This document shows, piece after piece, positions 29,143-39,072 of a DNA stretch of 64,000 nt (position 1 is the first letter of the stretch; each line of letters starts with the position of its first letter). Position numbers and translations under genes: made by a program. Origin of the DNA: Candidatus Thorarchaeota archaeon (GTDB taxonomy: Archaea; Asgardarchaeota; Thorarchaeia; Thorarchaeales; Thorarchaeaceae); contig JBHLRS010000018.1 in assembly GCA_048882325.1 (NCBI GenBank), positions 42 through 64,041 of the forward strand, in the 5' to 3' direction. The notes beneath the pieces were generated by a model that saw only the letters and a list, made by a program, of their open reading frames with translations, ran no database searches and was not told the DNA's origin.

Positions 29143-30780
29143 ATGACTGATATTGAAACTCTGGTCTTGGCATTATGGCAAGACTGTTCTAATCTAATTA
29201 CGCAACGATTTGGACTTGAATCAGATACCGTCCTCAATTCAGTTGAAGTCATCGAAGCACATGAAACCGCGAGGATTGGAGGATACTACGTCCCTAGTAG
29301 CAAGAAGATTCGGATACATCTCACAGCTTTACAAGGACTAATTCCACTTGAAGGCGTTGTCTATAGAGAGTGTTTGATTAACAATCTTCCTCCTGAACTC
29401 TGTATTGAAGCAAAGTATGACTTGGCCTCAGAATTCGCTCGTCAGACATTAAAGAAGAATGATCGACTCAAATGGGTGAAAGAATGGCAGACAATTCCTA
29501 CTCGAAGAATCCGAGGTGATTTGATACATACATCCTACAAAGCTATGGAGTGGTTAATTTCACTCGGAGGCGCTGGTGAATTGGACTCCTTAGTTCATGA
29601 GTTTGTGTCATTAGCACGATATGGAAAATCGTTCGATTTTGAGGAATATGTCAAGTATCTCAATCTAAGAACCAGAAATATCGTAGTGGAGCTCACTCAC
29701 GCAGATGTTAAGATTGTTGATGTCTTACTCAAGGATGCATCAGCTTCCTATAATCAAGTGGCAAAGATTACTGGATTGAGCCCTTCATGGGTATCTACCC
29801 GAATCAATCGTCTAAAGAGAAAGTACGTCTTAATGAATTTCATATCTGCCCCATTCTCTCGAATTGGGATTCGCACTTTCTATATTCTACTTGCTGGGCC
29901 CTCTTGGAGTGACCCCTCCAAACTTCTTGATGGATGCCCCTATTTGTACGACGTTCGCTCGATACTTAATGGCCCTTGGCAGCTAATCGCTCGTTTTGCT
30001 GTTCCTGATAGTACAGAAACCCTTCGATCCCTTGACCAGATGTCATCAATCCTCAATAGAAACGGGATAGCTGTTGATGTTGCTGAAACGTATTCAGTTG
30101 GCATATCGAACTCGTTTTATCATTACAATCCAGCAAATCGTAAATGGGAAATCCCTTGGGTTGCTATGAGGGGTTGGGGGCATAGGATTACCGATGAATC
30201 ACTCTTCGAACTTGTAGAACGAATCGATTTTCCGACCAAGACAACTGACGTCTATCTAGATGAGCTTGATATGAGCATAATTACATTGATTCAGAACGGT
30301 GTCACCTCTACAAGGGCAGTGAGAAAGAAGCTTTCAATTGGGCAGACCAAGCTTACAACTCATCTTAGGAAACTCCGAGCTGAAGGTCTAATCCGTAGTA
30401 TCTGGAGCGTTCAAAACATCGGTCTTGTAGAACGTGTGGCAATCCGAGCGACTGATCGAAGAACTGCTGATATTCTGGATGCATGGTCGAGGGAGCTTCC
30501 CCGAGCATACATGCGGTACGAAGAGAATCGGAACTTACTCTTGATGACAGACCTTCCCGTAGGTGGATCCATGCAGCTTATGGACACACTTCGGTCTCTC
30601 AAATGGCCTGTTACAGTTTCACCCCTCAGTAGTGGAACATGGGGTCATTGGAAGGTCCCTTACAACCTTTGGGATGTTGAACGCCAAGGTTGGCAAGCTC
30701 CAAGGGATGAGATTGCTTCCTGGTTGAGTATGCTTGTAGAAGAGAGTGAGAACTTAACTGTTGAAACGTCAAGTTCTTGA
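29143..30780 (+). CDS. Large regulator-like protein: N-terminal domain plus two AsnC/Lrp-like wHTH-RAM modules
   Basis: LTHADVKIVDVLLKDASASYNQVAKITGLSPSWVSTRINRL and LDELDMSIITLIQNG...HLRKLRAEGLI. Confidence 0.75.
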   Translation: MTDIETLVLALWQDCSNLITQRFGLESDTVLNSVEVIEAHETARIGGYYVPSSKKIRIHLTALQGLIPLEGVVYRECLINNLPPELCIEAKYDLASEFARQTLKKNDRLKWVKEWQTIPTRRIRGDLIHTSYKAMEWLISLGGAGELDSLVHEFVSLARYGKSFDFEEYVKYLNLRTRNIVVELTHADVKIVDVLLKDASASYNQVAKITGLSPSWVSTRINRLKRKYVLMNFISAPFSRIGIRTFYILLAGPSWSDPSKLLDGCPYLYDVRSILNGPWQLIARFAVPDSTETLRSLDQMSSILNRNGIAVDVAETYSVGISNSFYHYNPANRKWEIPWVAMRGWGHRITDESLFELVERIDFPTKTTDVYLDELDMSIITLIQNGVTSTRAVRKKLSIGQTKLTTHLRKLRAEGLIRSIWSVQNIGLVERVAIRATDRRTADILDAWSRELPRAYMRYEENRNLLLMTDLPVGGSMQLMDTLRSLKWPVTVSPLSSGTWGHWKVPYNLWDVERQGWQAPRDEIASWLSMLVEESENLTVETSSS

Positions 30781-31146
30781 AGCAGTTCTCACAGTAACAG
30801 CATTTAGCGAAAAATCAAATTTCGTTAATAGATGCTACCAGTCTTATTGATCCGTCTTTTCCAAACAGGGTTTTCTGCCTTATAGAATGCATTTCTTGTG
30901 TGCCATCAATTGCTTATATTCTACAAATCCGAGGATTACTGGGGACCAGGGACCGCCTAACACGAGAAGAAGCCCACACAATGGCATTCCTCCTAGGTGG
31001 GGGGAGTCCCCAGGGGTCTGTTAATATCCAGACCCCACCCCTTATTCCTAGGTCCTCTGCGACATTCAACTGACTGATGAAGCCAAAAGAAACATGCATG
31101 CCTTGAATCTGATGACATCTTAGCATTCACTAGGAGTCTGATAAAA

Positions 31147-31833
31147 ATGACAACACCAAAAATCCATGTTGCGATACTTGGAAATCAAAAAACAATTCAA
31201 CATCTTGCTGTAAGGCGTCGCATTGACAGGTTACTCATAGTCTTTCCCAGGGAAAAACTTGAGCTTGCTAACAATCTTGTCGAGCAATTCTCAAACCTGG
31301 GAGTCCCTGTTGAACCAGTTGATGTTGTTGTGAGTGATTTCAACAGTATTCTCTCATCCATATTGGCTGCTTTGAATCGTCAGAAATTCGACGATCACAA
31401 CATAGAGTTCAGTATAACAACTGGAAATTGTATAATGACCTTGGCGGCGTGTGTTGCTGCAGCAATTGTAAATGCATCAGTCATTTGTGCTATAGGGTCA
31501 GAGCTGCCATACTTGTCTGAAGTGTGGCCTTCTGAGTTAGTCAATCTTACTAATAAGAAACATGAGATTCTCAAATATCTAGATAGCTTCAATACTCCTG
31601 TGACACAGAAAGAAATCTCACGAGATACTGGAATCAGACCGTCCGGAGTATCAAGACACCTTAGAGATCTGGAACTTGCTGGTTATATTAGAAGATATCG
31701 AATTGCCAGAATCAAACAGGTTCAGATAACAGAACTTGGGTCTGCAATTCTTCACCACAAGCAGCTTAGGAGAAGGCGAATCTGGAGTTCTTACATGAAC
31801 CGCACTTCAGAAGGAATTCAAACGGTTGGGTGA
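31147..31833 (+). CDS. CARF (Csa3/DUF6293-like) plus wHTH transcriptional regulator
   Basis: Rossmann-like N-terminus with SITTG..IMTLAA (NxTGG-like) motif; C-terminal ArsR/MarR HTH (VSRHLRDLELAGYI). Confidence 0.75.
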   Translation: MTTPKIHVAILGNQKTIQHLAVRRRIDRLLIVFPREKLELANNLVEQFSNLGVPVEPVDVVVSDFNSILSSILAALNRQKFDDHNIEFSITTGNCIMTLAACVAAAIVNASVICAIGSELPYLSEVWPSELVNLTNKKHEILKYLDSFNTPVTQKEISRDTGIRPSGVSRHLRDLELAGYIRRYRIARIKQVQITELGSAILHHKQLRRRRIWSSYMNRTSEGIQTVG

Positions 31834-32782
31834 AAACATGTACAAGTCCGATTTTTACCCTCTAGAGTCAGGAAATGAGTCCATGTTTAGTGATTACTCA
31901 GCCCTGTATAATGCTGTGGACTCGTTAGACAACCCTGACCATATTAAACTCACAAAGGACTATTTTCAATCTTCATTTTCAACATCCAATATTGACCCCG
32001 AGAGTGATGTTGTGCTAGTACGAAATTCAAGTGGGCTGCTGATAGCATCAGGAATAATAGCCCCTCAAAATGGTTCGCCATCCACATCAAGATTGATAAT
32101 TCAGGTTCACCCATCATACAGACAACAGGGCTTGGGTTCAAGATTACTTCATCATCTGACTGAGCTAGGACGTGCACGAGGGTCTACTGAGTTTGTTTGT
32201 AGGATTCCAAGTTATAGACTATATGTCGCTCCCTTCGTGAAGAAGCACAGCTTCATGCATGACTCTTCATGGATCAAAATGCGAATTGAACATAAGATAC
32301 CTGTTTCAACTCCCTCACTTCCTTGGGGATTGACCATCCGTGGAATCAATATCAAAAAGGAACTAGGAGTATGGGCTGATATCCAGAATACAATATTCAA
32401 AGATTATCCACGTTATGAAGTGGTTGATGTTGAAACATTAAGATTCTTGACAGAGCAAGGTAGCTTCGATCAAAACTTGGTTGTCCTCTGCATTGCTTCT
32501 GAGAAACCTGTGGGGTATGGTTTTGGCTATTCACTCTCATCGGAAAACGGGGAGAAGATTCTCAAGATTAGAGGGATGGGCATTTTACCCGAGTACAGAA
32601 GGCACAGATATGGTCAGGCCCTGTTGTACGAACTTCTGAATCGTGCGTACATAAAGGGACATACTTCCTCAGAAGTTGTGATTTCAAGCACAAATCGACT
32701 AGCTATTCGTTTCTATGAAAAATGTGGTTTTCAGGAGTACTACAAGTACCTTTGGTATAAACGTGATATTTCAAAAGAATAG
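31826..32782 (+). CDS. Tandem GNAT acetyltransferase (MshD-like)
   Basis: VHPSYRQQGLGS and LPEYRRHRYG acetyl-CoA motifs; N..AIRFYEK.GF. Confidence 0.88.
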   Translation: MGENMYKSDFYPLESGNESMFSDYSALYNAVDSLDNPDHIKLTKDYFQSSFSTSNIDPESDVVLVRNSSGLLIASGIIAPQNGSPSTSRLIIQVHPSYRQQGLGSRLLHHLTELGRARGSTEFVCRIPSYRLYVAPFVKKHSFMHDSSWIKMRIEHKIPVSTPSLPWGLTIRGINIKKELGVWADIQNTIFKDYPRYEVVDVETLRFLTEQGSFDQNLVVLCIASEKPVGYGFGYSLSSENGEKILKIRGMGILPEYRRHRYGQALLYELLNRAYIKGHTSSEVVISSTNRLAIRFYEKCGFQEYYKYLWYKRDISKE

Positions 32783-32864
32783 AAAGAAATCACTCACTCC
32801 ATCCAGCAAAAATAATCTTCCTTTTTTCATGTATGTTATATACTAAATTCATGTTGTTTTCACT

Positions 32865-33164
32865 ATGGCCGAATTAAGAAATGAAACGATGCAGCTGGCA
32901 ATAAGAGTCATTGCTGAGCTGGGTCTTTCTGACCAAACACAAACAAAATGTTTAGCCATTTTGGATGAACACAGAACAAGGGAACTCTTGACTGAGAAGA
33001 ATGCTAATGGAATCATCGCTGGAGCAATCTATATTGCTGCCATTCTCACAGAGAATCGTCTCACTCAGGGATTATTAGCTGATTTACTAAACATCTCTGT
33101 GGCGACGATTCGCAAATACTATACATTGCTAGTCAAAGAACTTGAGATTAAGAAGAGGGATTAG
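32865..33164 (+). CDS. Stand-alone TFIIB/TFB cyclin-repeat protein
   Basis: ELGLS...IIAGAIYIAA.L....LTQ..LA..LNISVATIRKYY is the TFB core-repeat HTH. Confidence 0.82.
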   Translation: MAELRNETMQLAIRVIAELGLSDQTQTKCLAILDEHRTRELLTEKNANGIIAGAIYIAAILTENRLTQGLLADLLNISVATIRKYYTLLVKELEIKKRD

Positions 33165-34069
33165 TTGCCCTTCTCTTCGTTTCTCTTGTCCCTCACCATT
33201 GCCATGAATTCTGGAGTGATGTGAGTGATGCCCTCCGCCTTAGCCTGATCTACGACACCTTTGAACACTCTGTTCAGAAATACTCGTGGAACGTTCATGA
33301 TCATTGCACATGCTTCATCATCCCAGGTAATTGATGGGTCAAAACGTTTGGCTGCATAGGTAATTGTATTCAGAGTTGTACCTCTGTCCTCAGGAATTCT
33401 GATTTTGTATGGCTTTTTATTTTCCATAAACCAAAACCAGAGATTATCTCGGAAGCCGAGGGCTGTTGGAAGTTTTGGTATCGTTTTCTCATCGACCCCC
33501 CTTATAATTCCCTCTTTGAATTTAGGCTTCAAGAGGATGTGATCGACATTGAGTAAAAAGTTGTCACAACCATCAATCAGTTTATGTTCAGAATTGTCCC
33601 AAGTGCACTCAAAGACTTGGATGGATTCTTTCACTATCTCAGGGTAGTTTCCACCATTACCATTGTCAGGACGCATTGATGGGAGAAGAGTGAATATACT
33701 TCGCTGCATCTTCTCTGGTGTTGTGTCGCCTGGCCATCCCAATTGGACACAGTTTTCCATGAACTTTTTTTCATCAGGGATGAAGTTAATGGCACATACT
33801 CCTGTGCGCTTGATGTTCATTGCGGTGTTACTGTCCTCACGACATATCAACATCATTGCGTATCTATTAGCTATGAGGTGCGGAAAGCATAACGAGTAGG
33901 GCCCGAGGTTCGTCTGCCCCTCTTCGGAGAGAGTACTCACTAATACTACAGGCATTGGGAAGAAACTACTTGTTTGGTAAAAATTGTCAAGTTTGCGAAT
34001 CTCTTGGAAATCGTTGCTCATGTCAATGGAAGCCTCATCTATGTGTCTGTCAAGGTCAATTTTGGACAA
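33161..34069 (-). CDS. Flavin reductase-like domain fused to C-terminal PCP_red (BchB C-terminal-like) domain
   Basis: PMPVVLVST...N.GPYS...NT..NI..TG; C-terminal W.DEA......VP..F....V...A...G...IT. Confidence 0.75.
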   Translation of the reverse strand: MSKIDLDRHIDEASIDMSNDFQEIRKLDNFYQTSSFFPMPVVLVSTLSEEGQTNLGPYSLCFPHLIANRYAMMLICREDSNTAMNIKRTGVCAINFIPDEKKFMENCVQLGWPGDTTPEKMQRSIFTLLPSMRPDNGNGGNYPEIVKESIQVFECTWDNSEHKLIDGCDNFLLNVDHILLKPKFKEGIIRGVDEKTIPKLPTALGFRDNLWFWFMENKKPYKIRIPEDRGTTLNTITYAAKRFDPSITWDDEACAMIMNVPRVFLNRVFKGVVDQAKAEGITHITPEFMAMVRDKRNEEKGN

Positions 34070-34181
34070 TTGGTCCCGCGCGTGGTTCGCTCAGAAAGTT
34101 CACTAATATAGCTATCTAGAATAAATGTGAAAAAGAGGTTTTGAGGAGGCAGTTGAGGCCGCCCCCTCTGGTTGGTGTGTA

Positions 34182-35129
34182 CTACCTTCTCCTGACAACA
34201 ATAGCTGCCAGAATGATTATGACTGAAGCTCCAGCTACGATTCCAATAGTCATTGGGTCGAGAACAGGACTGGATTCGGAGGAAAGAACACCGAGTACAG
34301 GGTCATACTCAAGAGTGTCATCACCGAAGTTCTCGAAAGAGAGATAGACTGCATTTCCAGAATATTCTCCCGAGGCTTCACCAAAACTGGCTTTTACCTG
34401 TAGAGTATTGTTGGCTGCAAGTGCGGTCTCCTCGTACTCAAAGTAACCATTCTCAAACTGAAACTTAGTACCAACTTTGTGGAATCCTGATGGATCGTTG
34501 TCACCTTGATTCTGTCCATGTGCACTCTCAGTCACTGTAAACATGAGAACAAGGATAGAATCCTCATATGTCCAGCTCCAACCTTCGACGACGAGATCGA
34601 ACTTGAACTCCCCTGGATTCTCAAGATACATGTGAACGTTTACACTAACATTCACATCAAAGGCTGAGAGACTCGGTAGGTTTCCATAGTCAACCCCGGT
34701 ACCCTCCGGACGAGGATTAAACGTGGCTTCTGTGGTGAAGTTGAAGTGCACCTCAGTGGTGTTTCCACCATTTTGAACAGCTTCAAAACCACTAAAGTCC
34801 CAACCTACTGTAGGTAGAACAAATGGAGCACCAATCATGACATCAGTATCATTGTCGAAAACGCCATTTGTATTGGTGTCATTCGCTTCAAACATTCTGA
34901 CAAACATGACATGGTAGTCTACAGTCGGATTGTTGGGATCCCACCAATGAAAGTGTGGTGCTTGATCATTTCCGGTGACCTTGATTGCTATATCATCCGT
35001 TTCAAGCGACACAATGCCCGCGGAATATTGGTATAGAATTCCCGTGCTTTGCGCGGCTGCAAGTGGCACTCCCATCCCTATCAGCATAAGGGCAAAGAGT
35101 GCAAGTGATGTTTTTTTGTAGATGTTCAC
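34182..35129 (-). CDS. Secreted, C-terminally anchored surface glycoprotein
   Basis: Signal peptide, several N-x-T/S sequons, KFDL..EGW.W, YDP.LG, TM plus RRR tail. Confidence 0.8.
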   Translation of the reverse strand: MNIYKKTSLALFALMLIGMGVPLAAAQSTGILYQYSAGIVSLETDDIAIKVTGNDQAPHFHWWDPNNPTVDYHVMFVRMFEANDTNTNGVFDNDTDVMIGAPFVLPTVGWDFSGFEAVQNGGNTTEVHFNFTTEATFNPRPEGTGVDYGNLPSLSAFDVNVSVNVHMYLENPGEFKFDLVVEGWSWTYEDSILVLMFTVTESAHGQNQGDNDPSGFHKVGTKFQFENGYFEYEETALAANNTLQVKASFGEASGEYSGNAVYLSFENFGDDTLEYDPVLGVLSSESSPVLDPMTIGIVAGASVIIILAAIVVRRR

Positions 35130-35275
35130 TGAATCACCAAGAAAATCCTCGAAGGATTATTATTAAAGGAGTATTGAACAGAGAAGGGGCGAGGGTGGAC
35201 CAAAGAGGCCTATAATCCCCCCTTTTCTCAGTTAAAAGTTTATGAATGCTTAATATCCTTTGAAGGACTAAATCA

Positions 35276-37276
35276 CTATCCAAGCAGATTTCGTGCTTTC
35301 TTGAGAACATTCTCTACTGTGAACCCATATGCCTCAAAGACGACCTTTGAAGGAGCGGACCTCCCGAACCTTTCAACCGAAAGGATATCACCGGTATCAC
35401 CTACCCATTTCCTCCAACCCTGCGAAACCCCGGCCTCTACAGCAAGACGCTTGGATATACTTGGGAGAAGAACTGAATCACGATAGTCTTTGCTCTGGCT
35501 TTCAAACAGCTCCCAGCTTGGGAAGGATACGAGTCGTACACTGACTCCCTCCGCGTTCAATTTCTCTCCAGCCTCTACAATCAATGGCACTTCAGAGCCT
35601 GTGGCCATGAGTATGATTTCTGGGGTCTTCCCGAGGTCTGCGAGTACATACGCGCCTTTTTTCAGACCAGATGCTGGAGCGTATTTGCTTCGATCCAGAA
35701 TTGATATCTTTTGCCTCGTCAATGCTATGAGAGTTGGCCCATGAGTTCGTTCAATGGCAATTTTCCATGCCTCGACGACCTCGTTTGCATCACCTGGTCG
35801 AATCACCACCAAATCGGGTATAGCTCTGAGTGATGCTATGTGTTCTACGGGTTGATGAGTCGGACCATCTTCACCAACACCTATACTATCATGTGTGAAG
35901 ACCCAGATGCTTCGATGCCTAGAGAGTGCTGAGAGACGAATCGATGGACGCATGTAATCAGAAAACATCAGGAAGGTTCCACTAAACGGAATGATACCAC
36001 CATGAGCCGCCATCCCATTCACAGCTGCTCCCATGGCATGTTCACGCACTCCATAGTGGATATTTTGTCCCTCTGGTGAATCTGCTTGAAATGATGGACT
36101 GTCGTTGATCCATGTCTTATTCGAAGGGGTAAGGTCCGCTGAACCACCAACCATCTCTGGAAGTTTGACAGCTAACGCGTTGATGACTTTACCTGAGGCA
36201 CCTCGTGTTGCCAGTGGTCCATCCTCAACACTAAAACTTGGCAGATCACTGTCCCAGCCCTCTGCCAATTCACCTTTCATTCTTCGGGACAACTCTGCAG
36301 CCAACTCAGGGTATGCCTTGTTGTACTCATCAAACCGCTTTTTCCACTGGTTCTCTTTCTCTTCGCCCCTCTCACCAATCTTACGATAGAAGTCTAGAAC
36401 ATCATCAGGGACAAAGAACTTGGGCTCTAGAGGCCAACCGAGTTTCTTCTTGGCTCCTTCAAGCTCCTCTTCACCTGCAGGCTCTCCATGAGCTTTTGCT
36501 GTGTCCTGTCTGGTTGGCAGTCCATAGCCAATATGGGTTTTACAAAGAATTAGTGACGGACGAGGATCTTTCTTCGCGCTCTCAATGGCTTTATCCACAG
36601 CATCAACATCATTCCCATTCCTTACATGTTGAATATGCCATCCGAGCGCCTCAAACCTAGCCCCTCTATCCTCTGAGAACGTTAGGTCTGTACTCCCGTC
36701 AATTGAAATGCGGTTGTCATCGTAGAGAAGAATCAACTTTCCTAGTTTGAGGTGTCCTGCAAGGGAAGCAGTTTCAGATGACAGTCCCTCCATGAGGTCT
36801 CCATCGGTCACGATTGTGTAGATGTAATGGTCCAAAATCTTATGGTCTGGTTTGTTGAAAATAGCTTCGAGATGAGCCTCAGCGATGGCCATGCCTACTG
36901 AATTGCCCAGACCCTGTCCCAACGGTCCAGTGGTCACCTCAACACCAGGTGTACAGAAGTTCTCAGGATGTCCTGGAGTCTTGCAACCCAATTGCCTGAA
37001 GTCCATGATGTCCTCCTTGCTCAACTCATAACCGGTTAAATACAACAATGAATAAAGTAACATGGATCCATGTCCTCCAGAGAGGACAAATCGATCTCGA
37101 TCCCACCATTCTGGATTCTTTGGATTGAATCGAAGATGCCTAGTCCAAAGCGCATAGGCCATTGCAGCGGCTCCCATCGGCATTCCTGGGTGTCCTGAAT
37201 TTGCGCGTTGAACAGCATCAGCAGACAAGAAACGAATAGTGTTGATTGAACGGTCTTGGAGGTTCGCATCAGGCAT
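35276..37276 (-). CDS. tkt: Transketolase, single-chain bacterial type
   Basis: [26 protein letters not shown]-like [24 protein letters not shown]. Confidence 0.97.
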   Translation of the reverse strand: MPDANLQDRSINTIRFLSADAVQRANSGHPGMPMGAAAMAYALWTRHLRFNPKNPEWWDRDRFVLSGGHGSMLLYSLLYLTGYELSKEDIMDFRQLGCKTPGHPENFCTPGVEVTTGPLGQGLGNSVGMAIAEAHLEAIFNKPDHKILDHYIYTIVTDGDLMEGLSSETASLAGHLKLGKLILLYDDNRISIDGSTDLTFSEDRGARFEALGWHIQHVRNGNDVDAVDKAIESAKKDPRPSLILCKTHIGYGLPTRQDTAKAHGEPAGEEELEGAKKKLGWPLEPKFFVPDDVLDFYRKIGERGEEKENQWKKRFDEYNKAYPELAAELSRRMKGELAEGWDSDLPSFSVEDGPLATRGASGKVINALAVKLPEMVGGSADLTPSNKTWINDSPSFQADSPEGQNIHYGVREHAMGAAVNGMAAHGGIIPFSGTFLMFSDYMRPSIRLSALSRHRSIWVFTHDSIGVGEDGPTHQPVEHIASLRAIPDLVVIRPGDANEVVEAWKIAIERTHGPTLIALTRQKISILDRSKYAPASGLKKGAYVLADLGKTPEIILMATGSEVPLIVEAGEKLNAEGVSVRLVSFPSWELFESQSKDYRDSVLLPSISKRLAVEAGVSQGWRKWVGDTGDILSVERFGRSAPSKVVFEAYGFTVENVLKKARNLLG

Positions 37277-37367
37277 CAGGTCTGTCTCCTTACAAGATTA
37301 GGGAGATAATTAGTCGGCTTGACGTCTCGCCCTCTTTTTGATTGTTTTGTTTCATTCGTTAGCCATT

Positions 37368-37937
37368 TCACGGTTTACCGACTTCAGTACCCGGAGGATA
37401 CTCTTTGAAGAACTCGTCCTTGAGGATGTCCATCATGATGAAGTCATGGAATGAACCATTTACATAGGCTCCTTGACGATACACACCAGCTCTCCTAAAG
37501 CCAGCTTTTTCATATGCGCGTTGTCCACGCTCATTCATATCAAGCGTAACGAGGTATACGCTATTTAGTCCAAGAATGTGAAACGCAATCCATAACATTA
37601 CACGGGTCGTATCAGTGCCATATCCTTTCCCTAGATTCTCAGGTTTGTGAATGGCAATCCCAAACTCTGCTCTCCTGTTTTGTTTAGATATGGCAAAGAG
37701 ACTTACAGTTCCAAGAAATTCCCTTGATGTTTTGTCCTCAATTGCAAGTACCATTCCCCCATCCCGCCATGGATCCATAGTTGTGGAACGCTCCAACCAC
37801 TTCTTTTCGATATTTCTGGACATCGGAATCTGATTGTTCAAATACTGACGTATCTCGAGATTGTTCCAGTTCTCCATTATGATATCAAGATCCTCCATCT
37901 CAAGCGCTCTTAAACAGACCTTCTCACCATAATACAT
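37368..37937 (-). CDS. RimJ/RimL-family GNAT acetyltransferase
   Basis: AEFGI.I...GKGYGT, N.RG.RAYEKAGF. Confidence 0.9.
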   Translation of the reverse strand: MYYGEKVCLRALEMEDLDIIMENWNNLEIRQYLNNQIPMSRNIEKKWLERSTTMDPWRDGGMVLAIEDKTSREFLGTVSLFAISKQNRRAEFGIAIHKPENLGKGYGTDTTRVMLWIAFHILGLNSVYLVTLDMNERGQRAYEKAGFRRAGVYRQGAYVNGSFHDFIMMDILKDEFFKEYPPGTEVGKP

Positions 37938-38009
37938 ACGCAGAATTGGCTGTGGGTTGTAGATAAAGCTGACTCACAATCGGCTCAGTTCGATAGACTC
38001 TTTACAGAT

Positions 38010-38633
38010 TTGCCCAAGACCTCTAAATTGGAGACTGGGACTGTGAACACTCGGAAAGAATTCTTTGATGAGCCTCTTGTCAAGGTTGATTTCCTAAAAG
38101 CAAGATTTCCTAAGATATGTCCCGTCTGTGGAGCATCAGCAACTACACTTGTGCGACTGAACATTGCCAAGGCGAATAAGATTCCATTACGCCCCTCGTT
38201 AGATTATTTATCCCCACGGAGGCAATGGAATAAACAGCATGAATTAAAGGTTCTCCCGATTTTTGTTTGTGAGAATCATTCTGATCCAGATTCCGGTACT
38301 GACCGATACCAGTCTCTCTGTTTGATTATTGATGGTTTTCTCTTGGCTTTTGTGGTATTTAGCCTTCTAATGATTGGTGATAGGATTGCACGAGCTCGTC
38401 CAATATCCCTCTGGTCGTTCCTCTACTTCGGTCTTTTTGGATTTGCAATGCTCCTTACAATTATAGCTTTTCAGCCAAATGTGCTTGAGAAGGCTGTGAG
38501 AATTATCGGATTTGATTCAGGAATGCGGAATGTGTTGCTTGCCTTCAAACGACCTGAATATCGAGAACAGTTTCTGCACGAAAATCAGATGTATGCTGAA
38601 CTCGTGAGTTGGATTAAGCGAGCTGATGGTTAA
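38010..38633 (+). CDS. Membrane protein with N-terminal Cys/His zinc-binding motif
   Basis: FPKICPVCG...CENH, then two TM helices. Confidence 0.75.
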   Translation: MPKTSKLETGTVNTRKEFFDEPLVKVDFLKARFPKICPVCGASATTLVRLNIAKANKIPLRPSLDYLSPRRQWNKQHELKVLPIFVCENHSDPDSGTDRYQSLCLIIDGFLLAFVVFSLLMIGDRIARARPISLWSFLYFGLFGFAMLLTIIAFQPNVLEKAVRIIGFDSGMRNVLLAFKRPEYREQFLHENQMYAELVSWIKRADG

Positions 38634-38655
38634 GCTAAAAATCTGCATAAAGTGC

Positions 38656-38760
38656 CTATGTTGCTTCCATCATAAGCACTTCATGGACAGTTAGGCAACG
38701 ACGCTTTGCATTGTCGTTGAATGATCTGGTGGACTTCTCTGTGATGCGACTCATTGTCAT
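38656..38760 (-). CDS. Micropeptide C: MTMSRITEKSTRSFNDNAKRRCLTVHEVLMMEAT (34 aa)
   Basis: Third ORF of a tightly packed array; AGGT upstream. Confidence 0.5.
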   Translation of the reverse strand: MTMSRITEKSTRSFNDNAKRRCLTVHEVLMMEAT

Positions 38761-38767
38761 CAACTAC

Positions 38768-38854
38768 CTACCTGTACATGTACGAGTGGGTCAATGCATC
38801 AGTAGAGAGTTTCTTCCCATAGGTTCTCTTGGTCTTCTTCTTTGCCAACGCCAT
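38768..38854 (-). CDS. Micropeptide B: MALAKKKTKRTYGKKLSTDALTHSYMYR (28 aa)
   Basis: GGAGGT RBS; paralogous to peptide A. Confidence 0.75.
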   Translation of the reverse strand: MALAKKKTKRTYGKKLSTDALTHSYMYR

Positions 38855-38860
38855 GTCATT

Positions 38861-38962
38861 CTACCTCCGATAGGTGTAAGCATGGGTCAGAGCATAGGTC
38901 GAGACCTTAGCCCTGTCGTGCTTCAGCGCAGACTTAGTTCGTGAGTTAGTTGTTAGAGCCAT
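38861..38962 (-). CDS. Micropeptide A: MALTTNSRTKSALKHDRAKVSTYALTHAYTYRR (33 aa)
   Basis: TATATATA box at 38995-39002 upstream; paralogous to peptide B. Confidence 0.75.
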   Translation of the reverse strand: MALTTNSRTKSALKHDRAKVSTYALTHAYTYRR

Positions 38963-39072
38963 GATATTTCACAAGAAGTACTGCTCAGATTGAGTATATA
39001 TAGCGAAGCCACTTCTTAGGGTCACAGAAAGAAGTCACATATTGTTACTATCAGAGTGAATGAGAACTGGAT

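Noticed and set aside
38711-38944. 77-aa plus-strand ORF
   Set aside because: Antisense to the micropeptide array; no RBS or recognisable features
38768-38962. Basic peptides as ribosomal proteins L39e/L41e
   Set aside because: They lack the L39e (RHWRR) and L41e (KW.KKR) signatures
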